Assembly (NCBI GenBank): GCA_026708265.1
Contig: JAPOVI010000309.1
Span: 12,949-76,948 of the forward strand
Direction: 5' to 3'
From: Acidobacteriota bacterium
Lineage (GTDB): Bacteria > Acidobacteriota > Vicinamibacteria > Vicinamibacterales > UBA8438
Length of the DNA stretch: 64,000 bases
The position numbers were made by a program, and so were the translations under genes. Shown here one piece after another: positions 36,501-43,658 of this stretch (position 1 is the first letter of the stretch; each line of letters begins with the position of its first letter). Under the pieces are notes generated by a model. It did no database searches. It was not told the origin of the DNA and worked only from the letters and a program-made list of their open reading frames with translations.

Positions 36501-36707
36501 ATCGCGGAGCACAACACGCTGAACGGGACGCTCGGGAACAACGTGCTGCTGACGTACCGCATCAACGCCGGCACGGTGGCGTTCCTCGGCTACGACGACC
36601 GCTTCCTGCGCGGGTCGCTGCTCGACGCGGTGCTGTTCCCGACCCGCGCGTTCGAGCGGACGAACCGCGCCTTCTTCACCAAGGTCTCGTACCTGTTCCG
36701 CTATTGA
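33555..36707 (+). CDS. DUF5916/CBM9-like outer-membrane-type protein fused to a TolB-N/LpoB-like N-terminal domain
   Basis: N-terminus VGVVPFLNLSRQPDDDWIGEGIAETVATDLRARGW. The middle, PPRIDGRLDDAVWLSVEPITDFVQTSPVEGAPATERTEVWIAYDRDHLYIAFYA, is CBM9-like. A long beta-rich C-terminal part ends in ...FTKVSYLFRY. The TTG start at 33555 overlaps the ankyrin gene stop and is uncertain. Confidence 0.75.
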   Translation: MALTRFSRAPERPVRRRRRPGRKRVFRRAGLSLACAAGLGAHLAATSQGPLAPPAAAPPAGFHTLDVGVVPFLNLSRQPDDDWIGEGIAETVATDLRARGWTVAACADASGWGAAREQTAAHTGGDRATGRDDRGNAVRADGDTGNGDSGNGDSGNGDTGNSDTGRRGSGDGASANGCGGPRIRVQVDGTFERVGDHLHITAEVFDVAAGEVAHRARIDGAVGDFFALQDHLVSTLADGLAAVNGPSAPSVTGSLAFEPATSGGADAGRGTDADGGGSRDGHGGGGAASPAVAASAGSGARQGSGLGGFTIGGRPRAVAARTNRPPRIDGRLDDAVWLSVEPITDFVQTSPVEGAPATERTEVWIAYDRDHLYIAFYAHYSDPGIIRANRAERDQSMGDDRMAVLFDPFLDQQRAYQFSVNGYGVPGDSIVNAGGQASRSRSSVGRSSGGGGGGGGGGGGGGGGGGGGSFQAGFGIRGDRSWDALFEAGGGLVEDGWTAEMAIPFKSLRYPARAAGQSHRWGFQISRNIREKSESLVWSPVSRDIAGQLTQMGMLEGLTDLSTSRNLEFLPTFTGLQVGSFDGGSGGFRNQDPLGEIGVGVKYGVTSNLTLDLTYNPDFSQIESDRPQVEVNQRFALFYPEQRPFFLEGQEIFAAATPVNLVHTRTIVDPRYGAKLTGKVGDMTLGVFVADDEAAGRLDDVADPAFGSFAQSFIGRARYDLYPESYVGAIATTREHGDDYTRVGGVDGRFRLDRTHSVSFTAAGSAHRNAVDGELGGAILEVDFARQARNLTYSLAHSSIEPGVRTGTGFIPRVDIRRTDANVGYRWWPEGRLINWGPSFTYLRNYSHVGVLEDEQFRGDVTFEFVRSVRLTGGVNRDLERYGGIDFRKTNYSFFGVVSGRVLSVVGGFNGGDGIYFSDNPFLGRSSGGNLAFYLRPTPRLRADLQTLFSRFADPYGATVFDVQIYRWRANYQFTNRLLLRHIAEHNTLNGTLGNNVLLTYRINAGTVAFLGYDDRFLRGSLLDAVLFPTRAFERTNRAFFTKVSYLFRY
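33978..34052 (+). repeat. five tandem 15-bp units encoding G-D-(T/S)-G-N pentapeptides
   Basis: ggcgacaccgggaac / ggcgattccgggaac / ggcgattccggaaac / ggcgacaccggcaac / agcgacaccgggcgg, in frame with the 33555 ORF. Confidence 0.8.
34899..34958 (+). repeat. run of 20 consecutive glycine codons (GGN)20
   Basis: Counted codon by codon in frame with the 33555 ORF. It encodes S-S-G20-S-F and contains three GGGGG runs. Confidence 0.85.
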
Positions 36708-36785
36708 CCGACACGATCGGGCGCCAGCCCCCGATCGACCCGCAGGAGGACCGCGCAAGTGCTTACCGTGCCTACTTGGATCTGC

Positions 36786-38774
36786 ATGACGTTCCGCGTC
36801 GCGCTCTGCTGTCTTGCGGCGGCCGCGATCGCCGCCGCGCCGGACGCCGCCTTCGCGCAGCACGGTGCCGCCGGCGGCGAGTGGCGCAGCTACGGCGGCG
36901 ACCTCGGCGGCACGAAGTACTCGCCGCTCGACCAGATCGACGCCTCGAACTTCTCGGACCTGGAGATCGCCTGGCGCTGGCGCTCGGCGGATGCCGACCT
37001 CGACCTCGACGCGCTCCGCGAGATTCACCCCGATCTGAGCATCCTCAGCTTCAAGGCAACGCCGCTCATGGTCGGCGGCGTCGTCTACGTCGTGACGCCG
37101 CTCCGGCAGGCGGCGGCGATCGACGCCGGGAACGGCGAGACGCGATGGCTGTACGACCCCGACGCGATCCGCGGCACCCGGTACTCGATCAACGCGGGCA
37201 CTTACAGCTCGCGCGGGCTGGCCTACTGGACGGACGGGGAGGAGGAGCGCATCTACTACGGCACCCCGGACGGCTACCTGCTGGCCGTCGACGCCACGAC
37301 CGGCGAGCCGGCGCGCGGCTTCGGCGACAACGGGCGCGTCGACCTCGCGGCGGGGATTCCGCGCGCGGGCCGGGAGACGACCGACGACCAGGGCCATCCG
37401 TGGATCGGCATCAACTCGCCGCCCATCGTGGCGCGGGGCGTCGTCGTGACCCCGACCTCCATCTCGGACCAGCCGATCACGATGGAGCAGCCGCCGGGCT
37501 GGGTCCGGGGCATCGACGCCCGCACCGGCGCGACGCGCTGGACGTTCCGCACCGTGCCGCTGAGCGACGACTTCGGGGCGGACAGCTGGGGCAACGAGTC
37601 GTGGCGCTACTCCGGCGGCGCCAACGTCTGGGCGGCGTTCAGCGTGGACGAGGAGCTCGGCTACATCTACCTGCCGACGGGCACGCCGACGAACGACTAC
37701 TACGGCGGCCACCGGCCCGGCGACAACCTCTTCGCCGAGAGCATCGTCGCGCTCGACATCGAGACCGGCCAGCGGATGTGGCACTTCCAGGCCGTCCACC
37801 ACGGGGTCTGGGACTACGACTTCCCGACCCACCCGAACCTCGTGGACGTCACCGTCGACGGCCGCGAGATCCCGGCGATCGCCCAGGTGAGCAAGCAGGG
37901 CTTCACGTACGTCTTCGACCGCGCGACCGGCGAGCCGGTGTGGCCGATCGAGGAGCGCCCGGTGGAGACCGACACCGACCTCGTCGGCGAGGTGCTGGCC
38001 CCGACGCAGCCGTTCCCGACGCGGCCGGCCCCGTTCGAGGAGCAGGGATCGTCCATCGAGCAGCTCGTCGACTTCACGCCCGAGTTGCGCGCGATGGCCG
38101 TGGAGGCCGTGCGCAGCCACCGCCTCGGCGGGGTCTACTCGCCGCCCATGCTCTCGGTCGACGGGGGCCTGCAGGGGACGATCCAGCGCCCCGCACTCGC
38201 GGGCGGCGCCAACTGGGGAGGCTCCGCGGTCGACCCGGAGACCGGCATCCTCTACGTCCCGTCCGTCAACGCGTACTCGATCCTGAAGTACTACACGCCG
38301 GACGACGAGGGCGCGAACCTCGCCTACACGCAGGGCGGCTTCAACACGCCGTCGCTGATGCCTCAGGGCCTGCCGCTGTTCAAGCCGCCCTACTCGCGGA
38401 TGACGGCCATCGACCTCAACACCGGCGACCACGCCTGGATGCAGCCGAACGGCGACGGCAACCGCATCCGCAACCACCCCCGTCTGCGGGACCTCGACCT
38501 CCCCCCGCTCGGCGGCGACGGCCGCGGCGGTCCCGTCCTGACGAAAACGCTGCTGGTCAGCGCCCTGACCGCCGGGGGCGCCGGGAACGACGACGGCCCG
38601 CGCCTCGTGGCGCGCGACAAGGCGACCGGCGAGATCGTCGGCTCCGTCGACCTGCCCGGCGGCGCCATCGGGACCCCGATGACCTACCTGCACGAGGGCC
38701 GGCAGTACATCGCCCTGACCGTCGGCGGCGAGGTCCCGGAGCTGGTGGCGTTCGCGCTGCCGGTCGCGGAGTAG
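36786..38774 (+). CDS. PQQ-dependent dehydrogenase (quinoprotein alcohol/glucose dehydrogenase family), exported
   Basis: ATG 36786 (MTFRVALCCLAAAAIAAAPDAAFAQ). GEWRSYGGDLGGTKYSPLDQIDASNFSDLEIAWRW is the typical family start, with W-rich propeller repeats throughout. No C-terminal cytochrome domain. Confidence 0.85.
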   Translation: MTFRVALCCLAAAAIAAAPDAAFAQHGAAGGEWRSYGGDLGGTKYSPLDQIDASNFSDLEIAWRWRSADADLDLDALREIHPDLSILSFKATPLMVGGVVYVVTPLRQAAAIDAGNGETRWLYDPDAIRGTRYSINAGTYSSRGLAYWTDGEEERIYYGTPDGYLLAVDATTGEPARGFGDNGRVDLAAGIPRAGRETTDDQGHPWIGINSPPIVARGVVVTPTSISDQPITMEQPPGWVRGIDARTGATRWTFRTVPLSDDFGADSWGNESWRYSGGANVWAAFSVDEELGYIYLPTGTPTNDYYGGHRPGDNLFAESIVALDIETGQRMWHFQAVHHGVWDYDFPTHPNLVDVTVDGREIPAIAQVSKQGFTYVFDRATGEPVWPIEERPVETDTDLVGEVLAPTQPFPTRPAPFEEQGSSIEQLVDFTPELRAMAVEAVRSHRLGGVYSPPMLSVDGGLQGTIQRPALAGGANWGGSAVDPETGILYVPSVNAYSILKYYTPDDEGANLAYTQGGFNTPSLMPQGLPLFKPPYSRMTAIDLNTGDHAWMQPNGDGNRIRNHPRLRDLDLPPLGGDGRGGPVLTKTLLVSALTAGGAGNDDGPRLVARDKATGEIVGSVDLPGGAIGTPMTYLHEGRQYIALTVGGEVPELVAFALPVAE

Positions 38775-38913
38775 ACGGGCGGCTACACGCGAATCGGGCC
38801 ACGCGGCCTGACGGGAAGCACGGTCCGCTGACGAGGATCGACGCCAACGCGTCAGACGACGCGCAACTCGATCCGCTTCCCGACGACCGCGAGGACGTGT
38901 TTGGTACTCGACG

Positions 38914-39876
38914 ATGGACCCGATCATTGTCGGCGCCGGTCGGAGCCCGGCGATCGACCCTGACCGACGCATACGTAGCGCAGCGTTCGCCGCCATCGAG
39001 CAGCTCTCGCGGCAACACGGCGGACAGATTCCCTGGGACGCCATCACACCCGGCTTCCAGACGGGCGGCCAAACGGTGCGGTTCGCCAATCGGGCGAAGG
39101 GAATCTTCAAGCCGCGCCAGATGAGCGCTGCCCTCAGCATCAAGACGACGGTGCCGCGATCCGGCCGGTCGCCGTGGTATCGCGATCAGGACTTCAGCGC
39201 CAGCCTGGACGGCCCGACTGGCCTGGTTCGTTACGATCTCTCGCGTGGCGGACGAGAGGACGCATCCAACCGCGCGCTCCTTGCCGCGATGCAACGCGGG
39301 GCACCGCTCATCTATTTCAGAGGAATCTCGCCGGCCGTGTACCAACCGGTATTCCCCGTCTGGGTCGAAAGCTCCAGACAGGAAGAAGGATACGTTTTGC
39401 TGGCAACGGCCGACTTCGCCGACGCTGGCACAGTGAGCCCGGCCGCCGCCCGAGAGCGCATCGAAGTCTCGTACTCCGTGACCGAGGCGCGGGTCAGGAA
39501 CCACCAGGCGTGGTTCAGCGCGCGCACGAAAGCGGCGTACGGCTGGCGATGTGCGTTCAGCGGGCTGCCGGTACGCGAGCTGCTGATCGGCGCTCATATC
39601 GTGCCCGATGCGGAGGGGGGGTTGCCCTCGGTTCAGAACGGCATTTGCATGTCCGCACTCCACCATGTCGCGTTCGATTCACACTTGATCGGCGTCGATC
39701 CCGATTATCGCGTCCACGTGGCGTCGCCTTTACGGAAGCAACGGGACGGCGACCTGCTGGCGAACATCAAGGGAATCGACGGAGCGAGGCTCACGCTTCC
39801 ACAGGCTCCGGAAGACTGGCCGGATCGTCGGTTCCTTGAGCGCCGATTCAAGCAGTTTCGGGAGAGACTCGGATAG
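38914..39876 (+). CDS. HNH nuclease with SRA/YDG-like N-terminal domain (candidate modification-dependent restriction enzyme)
   Basis: The C-terminal half carries an HNH-type core: YGWRCAFSGLPVRELLIGAHIVP...NGICMSALHHVAFDSHLIGVD. The N-terminal half reads KGIFKP...WYRDQ...VRYDLSRGGREDASNRALLAAMQRGAPLIYFRG, resembling SRA-HNH (COG3440-type) enzymes. Locally lower GC. Confidence 0.75.
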   Translation: MDPIIVGAGRSPAIDPDRRIRSAAFAAIEQLSRQHGGQIPWDAITPGFQTGGQTVRFANRAKGIFKPRQMSAALSIKTTVPRSGRSPWYRDQDFSASLDGPTGLVRYDLSRGGREDASNRALLAAMQRGAPLIYFRGISPAVYQPVFPVWVESSRQEEGYVLLATADFADAGTVSPAAARERIEVSYSVTEARVRNHQAWFSARTKAAYGWRCAFSGLPVRELLIGAHIVPDAEGGLPSVQNGICMSALHHVAFDSHLIGVDPDYRVHVASPLRKQRDGDLLANIKGIDGARLTLPQAPEDWPDRRFLERRFKQFRERLG

Positions 39877-39964
39877 CCGTCGTGCAAACGGGTTGAAGCG
39901 CCGCCCGCTGCCGTAGTTCACGCCATGGACAACCACCGGCCAGCCCTGGTCGTAGAATGTGATC

Positions 39965-40250
39965 ATGCGGTCCATCAAGGTCACCCAGCTCAAGTCCCAC
40001 GGGGAGCCGCTCTCCTGGCGTGACCGCTTGGTGCGCGAGGGCCGGCTACGGCCCGGGACTCAGGACTGGGGCACTCTGAAGATCTCCACCCTCGAGCGGC
40101 GCATGGATATCCAGTCGTCCCTCCGCGCCGTCCGCGAGGATGCCGATGCAGTACGTCGACACAGACTCAGTGCTCCCAGCCCTGTTCGGTGAGTCGGGAC
40201 CGTCGGTACCGATGCCGGACGGTGACCATGGGCATCCAGAATCATCGAAG
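39965..40250 (+). pseudogene. possible decayed Phd/YefM-like antitoxin plus PIN toxin start
   Basis: MRSIKVTQLKSH... resembles the 'M.+V.V.ELKA.LS' start of Phd/YefM antitoxins. MQYVDTDSVLPALFGES resembles a PIN 'LDTSVL.ALL.GE' start. Both decay after about 20 residues. This is weak, motif-only evidence. Confidence 0.3.
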
Positions 40251-40384
40251 TCGCGTGGGCTGACCGTTCGCGGCATCCGTGCCCTGCTCACGATTGACCG
40301 GCCGGGCGGCCGATCGTTGCCGACCAAGGTCCGCCGGGCGGCCCGGCGCCGGGAGCCGCCCCGGGACTTCTACAGCCCGTCCCG

Positions 40385-41815
40385 TCAGCGCAGCACGCCG
40401 AACACCATGCGCGCGTTCACCACGTGCACGCCGCCCTCCTCCACCGGCGCGGCGCTCGCCCGCGGCGCGAACACCACCGGGACGACCTCCAGGCCGGCGA
40501 CGCCGGGGACGGCCGGGAGGCGCGGGCGGAACCGCAGTGCCGCCGCCGGCAGCGGCCGCAGCGTCGACTTGGCCTCGCCGACGAGCAGACGCCGGCCGTC
40601 CACCGACCGCGCCACCACATCGAGCTCAGGCTCGTTTCGCCGCCAGTAGCGTTGGGCCGGCTCCCAGGGTCCCAGTCCCGCCAGGGAACAGTCGGCGCGG
40701 TGCAGGAACGGGACCGCCATGCGGCACAGCTCCTCCCACGCCTGGGCTTCGAGGCTGGCCCGGTGACGCCGCCAGTACTCCAGCCGCGTCTCGCGCGGCG
40801 CCTGCGCAAGGGCGGTGCGCACGGGTGCGACGACCCGGAACCACATCCGCAGGAACGGGTCGTCGATGCGGTAGAGACTGCGCTTGCCGGAGCGGGGCTC
40901 GCTGCCGAACGGCGTCTCCCGGCGCACCAGGCCCATCTCGGTGAGCGCCGCCAACGGACGCGACAGGCTGGAGGCAGGGGAACCGAGCCGACCCGCCATC
41001 TCGCTGACCCGGTGGGCGCCGGCGCCGATGACGTCCAGCAACGGGCGTAGCGAGGTCGCCGGCGGGATCTCTTCCAGCAGCAGTCGGTCCGGCTCGGGGT
41101 GCAGCGGGCCGGCCGGGTCGAGCACCAGCGTGTCGACCGCTCCCTCGATGTCGAGACCGAACTGCTCAGCGAGCTCCCAGTAGCGCGGCATCCCGCCCCA
41201 CAAGGCGTGGAACGCCAGGAGATGCTGGGGATCGGCGCCGGGGAACGGGTCCGCGAGGTAGCCCGGCCGGAGCGGGCGCAGGGCGAACGCTTCCCGCGCG
41301 CGGCCGTAGAGGGGAGCGTCGGCGGCGAGGACGGCGCCGTGCACCATCCGCTGGCTCGACCCGCTCACGACCAGGATGGGCCGGCCCGGCGCCGTGTCGA
41401 CCCACGCCTGCAGCACGCCGGTGAGCGTCGCGTCGGACGCGATCAGGTACGGCAGCTCGTCCAGAACGAACGGCCCGGGCCAGCCGCTGCCGGCCGCCTC
41501 GCGGGCCAGGCGCAGCAGGAACGAGCGCCAGTCGGGGTACTCGACGTCGGCGAAACCCGGAAACTGCCGGTCGACGGCAGCCGCCAGGTACCGCCGCTGA
41601 ACCGCGGGGGCCGACGGCTCGGCCGCCGCGTACAGGCCCTCCTGGCGCCGCGACCACTCGATGAGCAGCCGGGTCTTCCCCACCCGGCGCCTGCCCCAGA
41701 TGACGGCCAGGGCCCCGGGCTCGACCAGCACGCCGTCCAGGCGGCGCAGCTCGTCGGCCCGGTCAATGAACTGCACACCTATTATGCTACACAGCATTAT
41801 GTTGCCGTGCGGCAA
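40385..41815 (-). CDS. AAA ATPase with DUF234 C-terminal domain
   Basis: FIDRADELRRLDGVL...LAVIWGRRRVGKTRLL (Walker A), FVLDELPYL (Walker B) and a C-terminal ELDVVARSVDGRRLLVGEAKS (DUF234-like). The true start is probably a little downstream of 41815. Confidence 0.8.
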   Translation of the reverse strand: MPHGNIMLCSIIGVQFIDRADELRRLDGVLVEPGALAVIWGRRRVGKTRLLIEWSRRQEGLYAAAEPSAPAVQRRYLAAAVDRQFPGFADVEYPDWRSFLLRLAREAAGSGWPGPFVLDELPYLIASDATLTGVLQAWVDTAPGRPILVVSGSSQRMVHGAVLAADAPLYGRAREAFALRPLRPGYLADPFPGADPQHLLAFHALWGGMPRYWELAEQFGLDIEGAVDTLVLDPAGPLHPEPDRLLLEEIPPATSLRPLLDVIGAGAHRVSEMAGRLGSPASSLSRPLAALTEMGLVRRETPFGSEPRSGKRSLYRIDDPFLRMWFRVVAPVRTALAQAPRETRLEYWRRHRASLEAQAWEELCRMAVPFLHRADCSLAGLGPWEPAQRYWRRNEPELDVVARSVDGRRLLVGEAKSTLRPLPAAALRFRPRLPAVPGVAGLEVVPVVFAPRASAAPVEEGGVHVVNARMVFGVLR

Positions 41816-41932
41816 CCTGCATCGGGCGGATGCGCCGAGGGGACCGAGAGGACGCGAACCCGAGTCCGCCGATCCACAGGCCGGTAGGCAGGAGCGCTAC
41901 GGGTTACGTATCATGCTACACATCGAGTCGGG

Positions 41933-42133
41933 GTGGAACGCGACAGCCGCAAGTTGATTCGATTGCTGGAACGGGATGGCTGGGTTCGCGTGGCCGTCCG
42001 GGGCAGTCACTGGCAGTTCAAGCACCCGAATCGTACAGGCCACATTACCGCCCCGCATCCGAACCGGAACCTCAAGCGCGGTACCGTCGCCTCGATCTAC
42101 CGACGGGCGGCCTGGATCCCCCGAAGAGACTGA
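41933..42133 (+). CDS. hicA: type II toxin HicA
   Basis: RKLIRLLERDGWVRVAVRGSHWQFKHPNRTGHITAPHPNRNLKRGTVASIYRRA is a canonical HicA (YcfA) sequence. GTG start. Confidence 0.85.
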   Translation: MERDSRKLIRLLERDGWVRVAVRGSHWQFKHPNRTGHITAPHPNRNLKRGTVASIYRRAAWIPRRD

Positions 42134-42134
42134 G

Positions 42135-42539
42135 ATGCGCTACGTGGCATTCCTCCACGACGACGACGAGCCCGGAGTCGGCATCAGCTTCCCTGATTTC
42201 CCCGGATGCGTCTCCGATGGCGAGACCGTCGACGACGCGCTCCGCCGCGGGGCTGAGGCGCTGTCGTTTCACGTCGAGGGCATGCTGGCTGATGGAGAAC
42301 CGATCCCCCGGCCGCGCTCCCTGCACGACATCAGGGCAGACGAGACCTTGGCCGAGTGGCGAACCGACGCGACGGTCGCGTTCGTCCCACTGATTCTGGA
42401 CAGGGGATCGCCACGACGCGTGAACGTCTCGTTGGATGCGGGCCTGCTGAGCGCCATCGACGAAGAGGCGCGGCGCCGTGGCATGACCCGCTCGGCATTT
42501 CTTTCCAGCGCCGCGCGCAACGAGATCGAGGGGCGCTGA
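42135..42539 (+). CDS. hicB: type II antitoxin HicB with C-terminal RHH
   Basis: ATG 42135 lies 1 nt after the hicA stop. MRYVAFLHDDDEPGVGISFPDFPGCVSDGETVDDALRRGAEAL is the HicB fold. VNVSLDAGLLSAIDEEARRRGMTRSAFLSSAA is the RHH domain. Confidence 0.85.
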   Translation: MRYVAFLHDDDEPGVGISFPDFPGCVSDGETVDDALRRGAEALSFHVEGMLADGEPIPRPRSLHDIRADETLAEWRTDATVAFVPLILDRGSPRRVNVSLDAGLLSAIDEEARRRGMTRSAFLSSAARNEIEGR

Positions 42540-42625
42540 AGCTCCCCGGCAACCGTCCTCGAAACCGTGCGCAGAACCGGCGTGCGCAGCGGCATGGTAC
42601 GCTCGACGCCCGACGGAGGCAGCAC

Positions 42626-43006
42626 ATGGCCGCGATGAAGCTCGAGCTGGTGCCAGTTCCGGTGTCCGACATCGACCGGGCGAAGGCGTTCTACACGGAG
42701 AAGGTCGGGTTCCACCTCGACCACGACGTCCGGCCGGCGCCGTCCGTCCGGGTGGTTCAGCTCACGCCTCAGGGATCGGCCTGCTCCATCGTGCTCGGCG
42801 TGGGCCTGCCGGGGATCGTCATGCCGTCCGGCTCCCTGCGCGGCCTGCACCTGGTGGTCGACGACATCCGCGCGACGCGCGACGAGCTGATCGGGCGCGG
42901 CGTCGAGGTAGAGGAGGTCGTCGACATGGGAGGCATCCTCTACGCGGGGTTCCACGACCCGGATGGCAACACCTGGGCGCTGCAGCAGATCCTGCCGCGC
43001 GGGTAG
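42626..43006 (+). CDS. VOC/glyoxalase family protein
   Basis: ATG 42626 after GGAGG. PVSDIDRAKAFYTEKVGFHLDHD...GFHDPDGNTWALQQ. Confidence 0.85.
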   Translation: MAAMKLELVPVPVSDIDRAKAFYTEKVGFHLDHDVRPAPSVRVVQLTPQGSACSIVLGVGLPGIVMPSGSLRGLHLVVDDIRATRDELIGRGVEVEEVVDMGGILYAGFHDPDGNTWALQQILPRG

Positions 43007-43146
43007 AGATGGCGGCGGTTCGTCGCCGCGTTGATGCGCTCGGCTTCGCGCCGCCGGGGGGGGGTCGACCCGCTCCTCGAGGAGATCGCCCACTCCGCTC
43101 GGTGACCGGCTTGGTGTAGAGGGAAAGCCGGAAGTCCGGCACGAGG

Positions 43147-43557
43147 TCACTGACCCACCGAAGGCCCGCCGCCAATCGCGACCTCGACGGCCTCGACGCG
43201 GTCCTCGAGGCGCGTGAGACGCTCACCGAGCTCCTGCACGTCGCCGCGGAGCGCCCGGACCTCGTCACGAAGACCATCGACGTAGGCACCAGGGCCGACG
43301 ACCTGCGTCGTCAGCGCGATCACCGCGGCGACGACGACGCCGGCGACGGAGAGCGCGATCGCGACCGTCCAGCGAGAGATGCGGTCGACGTCCCGGGCCC
43401 GGGCGTCGACGTAGCCGACCGCACGGTCCGCGTAGTCGGCGGCGCGCTCAGCACGCCCGGCGGCGAGATCCGCAGGATCCTGGGGGCTGGGTGCCATCGG
43501 ACCCACGATACGTCCGGTTTCGCAGACATCAAAGCCGGACGCTGCCGTGTCCGGCAC
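43147..43557 (-). CDS. hypothetical single-pass membrane protein with coiled-coil tail
   Basis: TM segment WTVAIALSVAGVVVAAVIALTT, followed by heptad-like LRDEVRALRGDVQELGERLTRLEDRVEAVE. No family recognised. Confidence 0.45.
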   Translation of the reverse strand: MPDTAASGFDVCETGRIVGPMAPSPQDPADLAAGRAERAADYADRAVGYVDARARDVDRISRWTVAIALSVAGVVVAAVIALTTQVVGPGAYVDGLRDEVRALRGDVQELGERLTRLEDRVEAVEVAIGGGPSVGQ

Positions 43558-43658
43558 CCTCGTTCACCGCCCCGGCTTGAAACGCCCTCCTCGAATCTGC
43601 GCGGCAGCGACTCTTCGAGGCGCTGTTGATTCCCGGCGCGGGGCCCGGGCGCGATGCG

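Noticed and set aside
34419-39143. Giant 1574-aa (-) and 1520-aa (+, 34562..39124) ORFs. Similar giants occur at 29368..33711 (-), 2950..4959 (-), 44977..48315 (+), 26164..29322 (+), 19613..21742 (-) and 50767..53268 (+)
   Set aside because: All are Arg/Ala/Pro/Gly-rich with no recognisable domains. All overlap well-supported genes in another frame or strand. They are stop-codon-poor alternative frames expected at about 70% GC.
39730-39993. 87-aa minus-strand ORF (MSWVTLMDRMITFYDQGWPVVVHGVNYGSGRRFNP...)
   Set aside because: Two-thirds of it overlaps the well-supported HNH gene on the other strand. The non-overlapping about 38 codons show no motif I recognise. It may be another decayed remnant, but I cannot support that.
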